From Coleofasciculus sp. B1-GNL1-01 (GTDB taxonomy: Bacteria > Cyanobacteriota > Cyanobacteriia > Cyanobacteriales > Coleofasciculaceae), in the NCBI GenBank assembly GCA_040220235.1, contig JAVJTO010000084.1: a DNA stretch of 64,000 nt. One strand, written 5' to 3'. Within the stretch, counting starts at the first letter, position 1; each line of letters begins with the position of its first letter. The notes beneath the pieces are model-generated. The model worked only from the letters and a program-made list of their open reading frames with translations, did no database searches and had not been told where the DNA came from. Made by a program: the position numbers and the translations under genes. Positions 49,643 to 60,398 of this stretch are shown here, piece by piece.

Positions 49643-50995
49643 ATGAGCCATGCTTGTTGTGGACCCGGTTACGCTTCCCCTGAAGCGGCAATGAAAGCAG
49701 ACCGGGAAAAAGTTCTCTATACCATCGCCCTCTATACGGGGACGGGAGTTGAAGCACCCGACTACTTAGCCACGATTGATGTAGACCCCACCTCCCCGAC
49801 GTACTCCCAGGTGATTCATCGCCTACCCATGCCTTACATCGGGGATGAATTGCACCACTTCGGCTGGAATGCTTGCAGTTCTTGCCACGGGGATAGTAGC
49901 AAATCCCGCCGCTTTCTGGTTATCCCTGGTATCCGTTCCAGTCGGATTTATATTGTGGATACGGCTGAAGCCAAAGCCCCCAAACTGCACAAGGTTATCG
50001 AACCCGAAGAAATCAAAACCAAAACCAATCTGAGTGCGCCGCATACCGTTCATTGTCTGGCAAATAGTCAAGTAATGATCTCGATGCTGGGTGACGGCGA
50101 AGGAAATGCTCCGGGGGGTTTTCTGCTATTGGATGAAAACTTTGACATTGCCGGACGCTGGGAAAATAAAGCGGAGGGGATGAAGTACAATTATGACTTC
50201 TGGTATCAACCCCGCCATAATGTTATGGTCAGCAGTGAATGGGCTGCCCCAAACACCTTTTATCCAGGGTTTGACTTGAATGATGTGGCGGCGGGCAAAT
50301 ATGGTCAACAGCTTAACTTCTGGAATTGGGAAACCCACGATATTATTCAATCGGTAGACCTCGGTGAAGAGGGTTTAATTCCCCTCGAAGTCCGCTTTCA
50401 CCACAATCCCGGTAGCACTCACGGATATGTCGGGGCGGCGCTGAGTAGTAATATTTGGCATTGGCAGAAACAAAAGGGCGAGTGGCAGGTGAGTAAGGTG
50501 GTTGATGTGCCGCCTGTGGAGGTCGAAGGATGGTCTTTTCCTGTACCTTCGTTGATTAGTGATATACTCCTGTCCCTGGATGATCAGTATCTTTATTTTG
50601 CCAACTGGTTGCACGGTGATATTCGCCAATACGATATCCGTAATCCGTCTAAACCGAAGCTAACTGGACAAGTTTGGTGTGGTGGAGTTTTGGGTAAAGC
50701 TGCCCCTGTCAACGGACATCAATGGGTGGGAGGACCGCAAATGCTGCAATTAAGTTTAGATGGCAAACGTCTCTATGCCACGAATTCTCTATTTAGCAGT
50801 TGGGATAATCAGTTTTATCCGGATATCGCCCAAAAGGGTTCCTACTTAATTCAAATTTATTGCGATACCCAAAAAGGTGGACTCTCAATTAATCCAGACT
50901 TTTACGTCGATTTTGGTCAAGAACCTAACGGACCTGCCCGCGCCCATGAAATGCGCTATCCCGGTGGGGATGCTACATCCGATATTTGGATTTAG
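49643..50995 (+). CDS. Selenium-binding protein SBP56 / methanethiol oxidase family
   Basis: [59 protein letters not shown]. Confidence 0.92.
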   Translation: MSHACCGPGYASPEAAMKADREKVLYTIALYTGTGVEAPDYLATIDVDPTSPTYSQVIHRLPMPYIGDELHHFGWNACSSCHGDSSKSRRFLVIPGIRSSRIYIVDTAEAKAPKLHKVIEPEEIKTKTNLSAPHTVHCLANSQVMISMLGDGEGNAPGGFLLLDENFDIAGRWENKAEGMKYNYDFWYQPRHNVMVSSEWAAPNTFYPGFDLNDVAAGKYGQQLNFWNWETHDIIQSVDLGEEGLIPLEVRFHHNPGSTHGYVGAALSSNIWHWQKQKGEWQVSKVVDVPPVEVEGWSFPVPSLISDILLSLDDQYLYFANWLHGDIRQYDIRNPSKPKLTGQVWCGGVLGKAAPVNGHQWVGGPQMLQLSLDGKRLYATNSLFSSWDNQFYPDIAQKGSYLIQIYCDTQKGGLSINPDFYVDFGQEPNGPARAHEMRYPGGDATSDIWI

Positions 50996-51004
50996 GAGTA
51001 GGGG

Positions 51005-51132
51005 TAAGCTGTCATGCCTTTAAATTGGGAATGGGTAGCGAGCAAGATGCAAAGCCTGCGGCATGGCTTCGCTAAACGCATTACTTCGATTAGGCAGTTT
51101 TTGACATTAAGGTTTAAATGCCGAACAGCTTA
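51005..51132 (+). mobile_element. MITE family 1 complete copy
   Basis: Ends TAAGCTGTCATGCCTTTAAA / TTTAAATGCCGAACAGCTTA. Confidence 0.7.
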
Positions 51133-51413
51133 TCAACTGAACCAAAAGAAGCCCAGATTTATTGTGAGTGAGCGGCATTTTCAAAGATGCCGCTTGATTT
51201 CTATTGTTTAAGATTTAGCATCAAGATAGAGTGTGGTGAACAGGTATCCTTAAACGATTACGCGATCGCACTTACATTGCAGCTTAGTTGAAAAGGGTAT
51301 TTAGGTGAACTACTCCAACGTCAACACGCAGAAGGAATTGATCAGCTTATCTTGAATCATGAGGGCGAAAATCTGTCACAATAGAGTAGGTAGACGTTCC
51401 CATTGATGCCCTT

Positions 51414-52340
51414 ATGCCTCAAACACACATCCGATTTGATTGGGCGATTAAAAAATTACTGAGAAACAAGGCGAATTATGGTGTTTTAGCCGGGTTCTTG
51501 AGCGAGTTATTGGGGAAACAAATTAAGATTCAATCCATCCTCGAAGGTGAAAGCAATCAACAAACCGAGGATGACAAGCTCAACCGAGTCGATATTCTGG
51601 CGGAAAATGACCAGGGGGAATTAATTCTGATTGAAGTGCAAAACAATACAGAGCAAGATTATTTTCATCGGATGCTCTACGGCACGTCGAGATTAATTAC
51701 CGACTTTCTGGAAAAAGGAGAACCTTACGGTAAAATCAAAAAAGTCTATTCAGTTAATGTCGTCTACTTTTCGCTGGGGCAGGGGGAAGATTATATTTAT
51801 AAAGGGATATTAGATTTTCGGGGGTTGCACAGAGAAGACAGGTTGGGGTTATCAATCAACCAGCAGAAGCTATTTAATATTCACGAGGTATATGAGATTT
51901 TTCCAGAGTATTATGTGATTAAAGTCAACAACTTTAACGAGGTAGCGAAGACGCCTTTAGATGAATGGATATATTTCCTGAAAAAGAGCCAAATCAAAGA
52001 GGAATTTACCGCCCAAGGGTTAGCTTTAGCGAAGGAGAATTTACTGGTCGATAGCTTGAGTGAAGAAGAAAGAGCGAACTACCTGAGATTTATGGAGAAT
52101 CGGCGCTATGAAGTGAGCTTGATAGAAAGTTCGCGTTCAGAGGGAAGATTAGAAGGGTTAGAAGAGGGGATGGAGAAAGGAATTCAGGCAGGTATGGAGC
52201 AAGGAATTCAGGCAGGCATAGAGCAAGGCAAACAGCAGGAAAAGATGAACATAGCCAGAACCTTAAAACAAAAAGGGACTGAGCTTGATATAATCACAGA
52301 AATAACCGGACTGAGTAGAGAAGAAATAGAGAAACTGTAG
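51414..52340 (+). CDS. Rpn family PD-(D/E)XK nuclease / putative transposase
   Basis: FDWAIKKL, RVDILA..ILIEVQ, LDEWIYFLK, EG repeats and C-terminal I.EITGLS.EEI. Confidence 0.88.
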   Translation: MPQTHIRFDWAIKKLLRNKANYGVLAGFLSELLGKQIKIQSILEGESNQQTEDDKLNRVDILAENDQGELILIEVQNNTEQDYFHRMLYGTSRLITDFLEKGEPYGKIKKVYSVNVVYFSLGQGEDYIYKGILDFRGLHREDRLGLSINQQKLFNIHEVYEIFPEYYVIKVNNFNEVAKTPLDEWIYFLKKSQIKEEFTAQGLALAKENLLVDSLSEEERANYLRFMENRRYEVSLIESSRSEGRLEGLEEGMEKGIQAGMEQGIQAGIEQGKQQEKMNIARTLKQKGTELDIITEITGLSREEIEKL

Positions 52341-52477
52341 CACGGCTAGATAACTAAGGCTCTGCCATTATACCCTTTGTCCACTAACTGGCTGAATTAA
52401 GTTGAACCACTTATCCTGACTCATCAGGGCGAAAATCTGTCAAAATAGAGTAGGTAGACGTTCCCGGAAATGCCCTT

Positions 52478-53376
52478 ATGTCTCAAACACACATCCGATT
52501 TGATTGGGCGATAAAAAAATTACTGAGAAATAAAGCCAATTACGGTGTTTGGGCAGGGTTTCTCAGTGAGTTATTGGGGAAACAAATTAAGATCCAATCC
52601 ATCCTCGAGGGTGAAAGCAATCAACAAACCGAAGATGACAAGCTCAACCGAGTCGATATTCTGGCGGAAAATGACCAGGGAGAATTAATTCTGATTGAAG
52701 TGCAAAATAATACAGAGCAAGATTATTTTCATCGGATGCTCTATGACACATCCCGATTAATTACCGACTTTCTGGAAAAAGGAGAAACTTACGGTAAAAT
52801 CAAAAAAGTCTATTCCGTCAATGTTGTCTACTTTTCGCTAGGACAGGGGGAGGATTATATATATAAAGGGATATTAGATTTTCGAGGATTGCATCTAGAA
52901 GACAGGTTAGGGTTATCAATAAACCAGCAGAAGTTGTTTAATATTCACGAGGTATATGAGGTTTTCCCGAGTATTATGTGATTAAAGTCAACAACTTTAA
53001 CGAAGTGGTGAATATGCCATTAGATGAATGGATATATTTTCTGAAAAAGAGCCAAATCAAAGAAGAATTTACCGCCCAAGGGCTAGCTTTAGCGAAGGAG
53101 AATTTACTCGTCGATAGTTTGAGTGACGCCGAAAGAGCCAACTACCTGAGATTTATGGAGAATCGGCGCTATGAAGTTAGCATGATCGAAGGTTCGCGTT
53201 CAGAGGGAAGATTGGAGGGAATTGAGGAGGGAAGATTGGAGGGAATTGAGAAAGGCAAACAGCAAGAAAAGATTAACGTAGCCAGAAAACTCAAACAAAA
53301 AGGGACTGATCTTGACACCATTACAGAAATAACCGGACTGAGTAGAAAAGAGATTGAGAAACTTGATATACCGTAG
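52478..53376 (+). pseudogene. Tandem Rpn duplicate with 1-bp deletion
   Basis: Near-identical to the upstream copy; TTC CCG AGT at ~52964-52972 versus TTT CCA GAG in the intact copy splits the ORF. Confidence 0.82.
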
Positions 53377-53623
53377 GGTGGGCTGTGCAACGCCAGCATA
53401 CCAGGAGCGTGACATTGAACTTTAAGTGGGTCTTCCGGACAAGCCTGTGCTAGACTAGCTCTCTGATTTGCGATCGCACAGGCACCGCCAGCAAAGACAG
53501 CAATCTTAATTTATATCAAAGTCGTCGCCCACACCGATAACCCAGGTATTACGATCAGAGTATCCAACGTAATCCCCATAGAGTTACGGTAATATAGCTG
53601 ATCCGTTCGGACTTATAGCATCC

Positions 53624-55528
53624 ATGGTTGTATCTCAGAATCCCTCCGTACAGAAAACGTCTAAACTTGAAGGCATAAAAGAACGCAGTAACTGCTTACG
53701 CGAACCCGTCGCCAGTGAGTTGCTGGAAGACACCACCCACTTCAGTGGTGATGCCGTACAAATTCTGAAATTTCACGGGTCTTACCAGCAAGACAACCGC
53801 GATAACCGGGTTAAAGGGCAAGAAAAAGACTATCAGTTCATGCTGCGAACCCGTTCTCCTGGCGGGTTTATCCCCCCTCAACTCTATCTGACGCTGGATC
53901 AACTCTCCGATGAATACGGGAACCATACGATGCGAGTCACCACTCGCCAAGGGTTTCAGCTTCACGGTATTCTCAAAAAGAACTTAAAGGCAACCATTGC
54001 CGCGATTGTCCGCAATCTCGGTTCCACCCTCGGCGCTTGCGGGGACTTAAATCGCAACGTCATGGCGCCTCCCGCCCCGTTCAAAACTCGTCCAGAGTAC
54101 CAATATGCCTGGGAGTATGCCAATAAAATTGCCGATTTATTAACCCCTCAGACGGGCGCTTATTACGAAATTTGGCTGGATGGGGAAAAGGCAATTAGCG
54201 CTGAAGAAGCCCCAGAGGTGAAAGCGGCGCGTCAGCGTAATGGCAACGGTACGATATTTGCGGATAAAGAAGAACCGATTTACGGGGAACATTATATGCC
54301 CCGTAAGTTTAAGTGTAGTGTTACTGTTCCCGGCGATAACTCCGTTGATCTCTACACCCAAGACGTCAGCTTAGTGGTGATGATGAATCAGCAGGGAGAA
54401 TTGGAAGGATTTAATGTTCTCGCGGGTGGTGGTTTAGGGCGCACCCATAACAAAGAGGAAACCTTTGCCCGTATGGCTGATCCGATTGGCTATGTGGCAA
54501 AAGATGATATCTTTGATTTGATCAAAGCGATTGTGGCAACTCAGCGAGACTATGGCGATCGCGTTAATCGTCGTCATGCGCGAATGAAGTACCTGATCAA
54601 TGATTGGGGGGTTGATAAGTTCCGCGCTCAAGTTGAAGACTACTTCGGTAAGCCTATCGCCCCCTACAAACCCCTCCCCGCCTTTAAATACAAAGACTAT
54701 CTGGGATGGAACGAGCAAGGAGACGGTAAGTTATTTTTAGGCATTTCCATTGAGAATGGGCGAGTTAAAGATGAGGGCAATTTCCGACTCAAAACAGCCC
54801 TGCGGGAAATTGTCAAGCAATTTGACCTACCCATGCGGATGACACCCAATCACAATGCCATTCTTTATGAGATTGAAAAGGATCAGCAGCAATCCATTGA
54901 ACAGATTCTCAACCAACACGGGGTGCAAATTACCCCAGAGGGAATCGAACCCTTAGTCCGCTATTCCATGGCTTGTCCCGCCCTTCCCACCTGTGGGTTA
55001 GCAATTACTGAATCAGAACGGGCAATTCCGGGAATTACGGTGCGGATTCGGACATTGTTGGACAAGCTGGGATTAAAGGATGACCATTTTGTCATCCGGA
55101 TGACAGGATGTCCCAATGGATGTGCCAGACCTTACATGGCAGAATTAGGATTCGTGGGCAGTGCGCCTGGAAAATATCAGGTTTGGTTAGGCGGTTCACC
55201 GGATCAGACGAGGTTAGCACAAGCCTATATCGACAAACTACCGATTGAGGAACTCGAATCCTTCCTCGAACCCATGTTCATGCAATTCAAGCAACAGCGC
55301 GAACTCGGGGAAAGTTTCGGTGATTTTTGCGATCGCGTGGGATTTGATGCGATTCGAGACTATTCGGCTAATTATGAATTCCCCAAACCCACCAAGAAAA
55401 CCCGCCATCGGATTTCCCTCAATGATGATCTGTACAGCCGTCTCAAAGACGCCGCCGCCAGTCAAGGGAAACCGATTAGCCATCTGGCTGCTGACGCGAT
55501 CGAGGCGTTTCTCAATCAGTCATCGTGA
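53624..55528 (+). CDS. sir: Ferredoxin-dependent sulfite reductase
   Basis: [44 protein letters not shown]. Confidence 0.95.
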   Translation: MVVSQNPSVQKTSKLEGIKERSNCLREPVASELLEDTTHFSGDAVQILKFHGSYQQDNRDNRVKGQEKDYQFMLRTRSPGGFIPPQLYLTLDQLSDEYGNHTMRVTTRQGFQLHGILKKNLKATIAAIVRNLGSTLGACGDLNRNVMAPPAPFKTRPEYQYAWEYANKIADLLTPQTGAYYEIWLDGEKAISAEEAPEVKAARQRNGNGTIFADKEEPIYGEHYMPRKFKCSVTVPGDNSVDLYTQDVSLVVMMNQQGELEGFNVLAGGGLGRTHNKEETFARMADPIGYVAKDDIFDLIKAIVATQRDYGDRVNRRHARMKYLINDWGVDKFRAQVEDYFGKPIAPYKPLPAFKYKDYLGWNEQGDGKLFLGISIENGRVKDEGNFRLKTALREIVKQFDLPMRMTPNHNAILYEIEKDQQQSIEQILNQHGVQITPEGIEPLVRYSMACPALPTCGLAITESERAIPGITVRIRTLLDKLGLKDDHFVIRMTGCPNGCARPYMAELGFVGSAPGKYQVWLGGSPDQTRLAQAYIDKLPIEELESFLEPMFMQFKQQRELGESFGDFCDRVGFDAIRDYSANYEFPKPTKKTRHRISLNDDLYSRLKDAAASQGKPISHLAADAIEAFLNQSS

Positions 55529-55765
55529 CATCCTCCCACACCAAATCAAAGATTATGGTGCGTTGCTCCCAACATCGCTGTTAGACATTTGATGTACCGT
55601 AGGGTGGGCATTGCCCACCAGCCTTAATTCAGTACCATTCATCTTAAATTAGATGTAACTGATTAAATTGATCAGGTAGGGGCACGATACTATCGTGCCC
55701 TTTATCAAATCCATGCTCCCATTGCACCTTCACCTTGTTGGGTTTCGTACCTCAACCCAACCTAC
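55529..55765. repeat. Cluster of hairpins and GTAG-type REP-like elements
   Basis: CACCAAATCAAAGATTATGGTG; GTAGGGTGGGCATTGCCCACC (55599); GTAGGGGCACGATACTATCGTGCCC (55676); GTTGGGTTTCGTACCTCAACCCAACCTAC (55737). Confidence 0.7.
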
Positions 55766-55796
55766 AACCTATCCCACAATTAACGATTCAACTGTT

Positions 55797-56420
55797 ATGA
55801 AAAGCAGTATGACATTTAGCACCATTGTTGCATTATTCAGTGCGATGGTTGTTCTGGCTTCTATTCCCAGTGTCAGTGTATTGACTGTCTCTACCCGATC
55901 CGCTACATCTGGATTTATTCATGGTGTTTTCACCACTCTAGGAATAGTAGTCGGTGACATTATCTTCATTATCATCGCTATTTGGGGTTTATCACTGCTG
56001 GCAGCAAAAATGGGAGGATTATTTTTCCTGATTAAGTACTTGGGTGGCGCTTATCTTATCGGGTTGGGAATAGGGTTATGTCGGGCAAAATTGAATAATG
56101 TGGAGACAGCCGCCGTTATGGAATCTTCTTGTCTGTCTAGTTTTATCGCAGGACTATCTATTACATTAGCCGATCAAAAAGCAACCTTATTTTATCTGGG
56201 GTTTTTCCCAGCTTTTATTGATCTGTCCCAAATCTCTTATCTTGATACTCTCATCATTATCGCGATTACTACCGTAGCTGTAGGCGGTGTTAAACTTGGT
56301 TATGCATTCATGGCGGATAAAGCGCGATTACTGATTAGTTCTAGAATCAGAAAAGGAATAAATATGATGGCAGGCTGTATCATGATTGCTGTGGGAGTGT
56401 TTTTGATGATCAAACCTTAA
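55797..56420 (+). CDS. LysE/RhtB family translocator
   Basis: G..TLGIVVGD, IKYLGGAYLI.LG, K..LFYL.FFP.F; six TM helices. Confidence 0.85.
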   Translation: MKSSMTFSTIVALFSAMVVLASIPSVSVLTVSTRSATSGFIHGVFTTLGIVVGDIIFIIIAIWGLSLLAAKMGGLFFLIKYLGGAYLIGLGIGLCRAKLNNVETAAVMESSCLSSFIAGLSITLADQKATLFYLGFFPAFIDLSQISYLDTLIIIAITTVAVGGVKLGYAFMADKARLLISSRIRKGINMMAGCIMIAVGVFLMIKP

Positions 56421-56477
56421 TTGACTTTATCGAATAATTATGTTATAATTAAGGATTGTTAAGTAATCTCATCCTTC

Positions 56478-57671
56478 TTAACCTCTCTCCCGTACCACCC
56501 ATTCCTCAAAGAGTTTTGAACCCATCCTGTATCGCTCATCATCTAGTTGGCGAATCACACCCGTTCCCGTCAAAACTTCCAGCGCATCCGCAACTTGTCC
56601 AAAACTCAATTGTGCTTGTTCTGCTACTGTCTCAGCCGTTCCCTCTCGCTGTTGAACGAGGGTACGATAAACAGTTTGTTCTACCTGACTAAAACCATAA
56701 GATCGTTGATCTTCATCCCACCAAGCGGAAAAATCGCGGTCATGTTTTCGTTGTTGATGCAGCATAAAACTCTCAGTCGAACGGGATTTACCCATCTGAT
56801 AATCATCGAAAATTTCATTCATGAGTTGTTGAGTGAGATAGGGATGATATCCAGCCCAATCTAGAATCGTATTAACTCCCGATTCTGTGAGGGGAACACC
56901 TTCATTTTGACTGCGTTGAACAATCAGCGATCGCGTGTCGGATTCAGTTAATGTCCCTAACCATTCTACATCAGCAATATTTAACAGCGGAGAACCGACT
57001 CGTTGCTGATAATCTTTCAAGTCACGATAGCCAGAGAAACAGAATCCTAAGAAAGGGTTGATAGCGGTGTCAGTGTCTTTTAATCCCCGCAGATAACTCC
57101 AAGCATCATTTGCCCACTCTTGGCGAACAATAAATTATGCGCCATCTAAGAGAAAGCAAATGCCTTCAAGGTTGTGCTTTTGCAGGTGTTTAATAATTCT
57201 TAATAAATCTTGGCGGAAGTCTTCGTGAATTAAACGCCGTTCTTGATGGGGATTGGTAACATTTAATTTAAATCCAGATATGCCAATTTCGCCGCCATAA
57301 AACTGTCTGAGTAAGCGGCGATAGGTTCGTCTCAAGCCTAATCGAGACTCAGCGTTTGACGATTGGGTTTGCTTTTGGATAAGCGCTTCTTGTAGTCGGA
57401 GAATGAGCAAATATCGGAAGTTATCTAGACTTTCGGGTTGCTCTTGTTGTAAATTAAAGAGAACGGGAAAAGCACGGCTATTTTGGTTAAATAGCGTCCA
57501 TTGAATGGCATTTAATGTGCTAGTTTTACCCAAGCGGCGTCCACCGAGAATGATTCTCACTTGAAAAGGCGATCGCATGACGTTGGCGAGGAGTTCCTGG
57601 CGTCCGAAAAAGTAGTCGGGCTTCGAGATAGCGAGTCTAAAGTTATCGAAGGGGCGATTGGTGTTGGTCAT
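56478..57671 (-). pseudogene. STAND-like P-loop ATPase with winged-helix C-terminus, split by an in-frame stop
   Basis: FFGR, GGRRLGKT, CFLLDGA-stop; ORFs 57135-57671 and 56478-57020 are in frame with 38 open codons between; AGYHPYLTQ. Confidence 0.8.
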
Positions 57672-57857
57672 TTGTCAAAACACTGATTTCACGGATTTAT
57701 TGCCGAGATTTGGGTAGGGAGGTGAGAGTTTATTCGCACTGATTACACAGAGAAGTTAGTTTTCTGTCAAGAGAGTGGGGATGAGGATTTTCCAGGAGAT
57801 GATTTCGTCATTCATCATTTGTCATTCGTTGTTGTCTCAATGGGTAAAATGATATTA

Positions 57858-60347
57858 TTATAGCTGCCATTGTTGCATCTGTTCGGGTTTCATTTGCATC
57901 TGTAGCCAGCGGGATAGAAGGGGAACCTGTAACTGATAGTAATCCTTATTCGCGATCGCGTCTCGATGGATTAATCCTACGGCTTCTAGCCAGAGGAGAG
58001 CGTCTAGACATTGGCTTTCGGTGAATTCGGGGTTGAGTCGGGCAAATAAGGCTTCCTCGGTTATCTGCGGCTGAGTCTCTTGGTTACAGGTGAGGAGTTT
58101 CAGCAGCGCGATCGCACAGGTAAAATTACGCTTGTCTAAATCTGCCCAAATATTTTGTCCAAAGTAGTCTTTGAGTACACCGGAATAGGTAAAGGGTTTA
58201 TTCAGATAGCGTTGGGCGGCGGATAGGTTAATTTTGCCCTTATTTTCCGGGGCGACTTTGTTAAAGAGTAAACTTGCCAATTGTCTGGCAATAAAGGGAT
58301 GTCCACCACTTTCTCGATGGATGGCGATTTGAGTAGCTTGGTCAAAGGTTACGCCCATTAGTTCACCAATATCCGTCAGCATTCGGGTTGTCTCAGATTG
58401 GGAAAAGGGAGAGACAAAGTATTCTTTAAAAAAGCTAAACACTGGATTGGTGGGGACATCCGGTTGTTGCCATTGATTAATCCGATTACAGTCCGCATGG
58501 ACATCAGCCACCAGTAAGGAGAGTTGGCGCTGTTCCTGACTTAATACTCGCAGTACGCCGAAACAAGCGTTGAATTCTTCGGTGCGTTCTTTGGGGTCAG
58601 TTTTTGTGGGAAGAATGCGTTCGATTTCATCTAAAAAGCAGAGAATGGGTAAGTGATATCCGGCGGCTTGGAGTAAGGGGGATAAGGTATTGATGCGCTG
58701 GGTGAATTCAGAGATTAAATCAGGCGCTGGGCTATCTTGGGGAAAGGGTTTAAAGTTTGTAGTGAGCGCTTTAGCGCTTCCGGCACTAAAGTGCCTACTA
58801 CGAACCCAGCTTAAGTCAGTACCCTTTGATTGAGGATGGTGTTCATTCACTAATTTGCTCAGTTGTTGTAGGATTTGATTGAGTAATTCAGCCCCATAAC
58901 GCTGTTTTCCGCCATAGCGTTGCAGGTCAATATGAACCACGGGATGCTGGCGCATGGCAAAACTTAGTTGTAGGAGAATGGAGGTTTTGCCAGATTTGCG
59001 TAAGCCAAAGAGTCCAATTCCTTGGTTACGACGTAGTTCTTCTTCCAGAGGATTGAGAAGTTCGACACGACCGAAAAACGAGAGAGTATCGCCAATAGCA
59101 TTCCGATCATCAAACAAGTCAGCACCGGGTAAATAGCGGTCTGTATATTGGGCTAAAAGTCCAGAAGCTTTGCTACTATCTAATAACGCCTGTTCAATCG
59201 CCGCCAAAGGAATCGGAATCAGGATAAAATGGTCGCGTAGTCTAACTTCCGCCATCCGCATTCGGAATAAGGTATCTGGTGGTTCTTGATACAACAAGAT
59301 ACCCGCTTTTTGTTGAGAGTTGTCGGTTAATTGGCTAAATTGTTTGACCAACTCCGTTACATCTTCGGCAACAGGTTGGTCAAGAGTTAGCATGATTGGT
59401 AAAGGTGTATAGGATTTCAATCTACCTGGAATTGAGATAAGTTTGAGACTCCGTTTCCCTTGACGGCTGGTGGTTGCGCCTGTGTGTTGGAAGAATTCCT
59501 GGACTTGTGAGCGAAAGTAATCAAATCTTTCTTTCTGTTCTCTAGATTGGACAAGAACTCGACTGAACTGCAAGAATAAGTCAGGGCGACGCCAGATAAT
59601 TATACCACCGATGATTGATAGTAATGCGAGGGCAATCAAGATTACATTCGAAAATTTAGATCGAATGCGATCGCCCCGTTCCGCGTTCAGAATAGTTAGA
59701 GAGTCTCGTATTGTTTCGATGTCTTCCTGTTTAAAGCTTTCATCAATTGGATTGAGGGTAGTCTCAATATTTTGGAAAGAAGTGATACGATTTTGAGCCT
59801 GTTCTAAATTAGAGATAGCTTGCACTAAATCAGATGTGGATAGACGCTCTACCTTATCTTGGCGATTTTCAGCAATTTTAGCGATAGCAGACGCTGCATT
59901 AATACGAATGAGTTCATCCTGACTCTGTAAAGCTTCAGTCAGGCTAGGAAAAGCCAGTGAACCCATTTGACTGAGAGCAAAAGTCGCACTATAACGAGCC
60001 GATACGTTTTTATGTTTAAGAGTTTCGATTAAGCTAGGAATAGCAGGTGAACCAATTTTGATTAAGGCAAAAGTTGCTCTGAGGCGAACCACCTCATCTT
60101 GCTCAGTTTTTAGGGCGGTAATTAACGCTGGAATAGCGGTTTCTGAACCCATTTCCCCCAACGCTGAAGCGGCTTGACTGCGCTTGCGCCAATCGTCATC
60201 TTTTTTTAATTGTTCTATATAAGAGGACGTCTCTTTATCAACAGATTCTTGTCCCCATCCCTGACTCACACTCACCAGAGGAAATGAGAGGCTGATACAG
60301 CAAATTATGATGAAGGTAAAACCATTTCGTTTAGCTTGTGTAAGCAT
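57858..60347 (-). CDS. Signal peptide - HEAT repeats - TM - STAND-like ATPase
   Basis: R..AA.ALG..AIPALI.AL HEAT repeats, TM near aa 235-252, FFGR, GLRKSGKT, CFLDEIE, SGGHPFIAR. Confidence 0.82.
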   Translation of the reverse strand: MLTQAKRNGFTFIIICCISLSFPLVSVSQGWGQESVDKETSSYIEQLKKDDDWRKRSQAASALGEMGSETAIPALITALKTEQDEVVRLRATFALIKIGSPAIPSLIETLKHKNVSARYSATFALSQMGSLAFPSLTEALQSQDELIRINAASAIAKIAENRQDKVERLSTSDLVQAISNLEQAQNRITSFQNIETTLNPIDESFKQEDIETIRDSLTILNAERGDRIRSKFSNVILIALALLSIIGGIIIWRRPDLFLQFSRVLVQSREQKERFDYFRSQVQEFFQHTGATTSRQGKRSLKLISIPGRLKSYTPLPIMLTLDQPVAEDVTELVKQFSQLTDNSQQKAGILLYQEPPDTLFRMRMAEVRLRDHFILIPIPLAAIEQALLDSSKASGLLAQYTDRYLPGADLFDDRNAIGDTLSFFGRVELLNPLEEELRRNQGIGLFGLRKSGKTSILLQLSFAMRQHPVVHIDLQRYGGKQRYGAELLNQILQQLSKLVNEHHPQSKGTDLSWVRSRHFSAGSAKALTTNFKPFPQDSPAPDLISEFTQRINTLSPLLQAAGYHLPILCFLDEIERILPTKTDPKERTEEFNACFGVLRVLSQEQRQLSLLVADVHADCNRINQWQQPDVPTNPVFSFFKEYFVSPFSQSETTRMLTDIGELMGVTFDQATQIAIHRESGGHPFIARQLASLLFNKVAPENKGKINLSAAQRYLNKPFTYSGVLKDYFGQNIWADLDKRNFTCAIALLKLLTCNQETQPQITEEALFARLNPEFTESQCLDALLWLEAVGLIHRDAIANKDYYQLQVPLLSRWLQMQMKPEQMQQWQL
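58755..58819. repeat. Double-hairpin repeat (family 2) inserted in frame inside the ATPase domain
   Basis: Encodes DLSWVRSRHFSAGSAKALTTN; matches intergenic copy 31408-31472. Confidence 0.8.
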
Positions 60348-60398
60348 AGCATTGATAAAAGTTCGTTCGTAGTTGCGCTTTAGCGCTATCCGTTCCGC

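Noticed and set aside
51014..51211. 65-aa ORF
   Set aside because: Mostly MITE sequence
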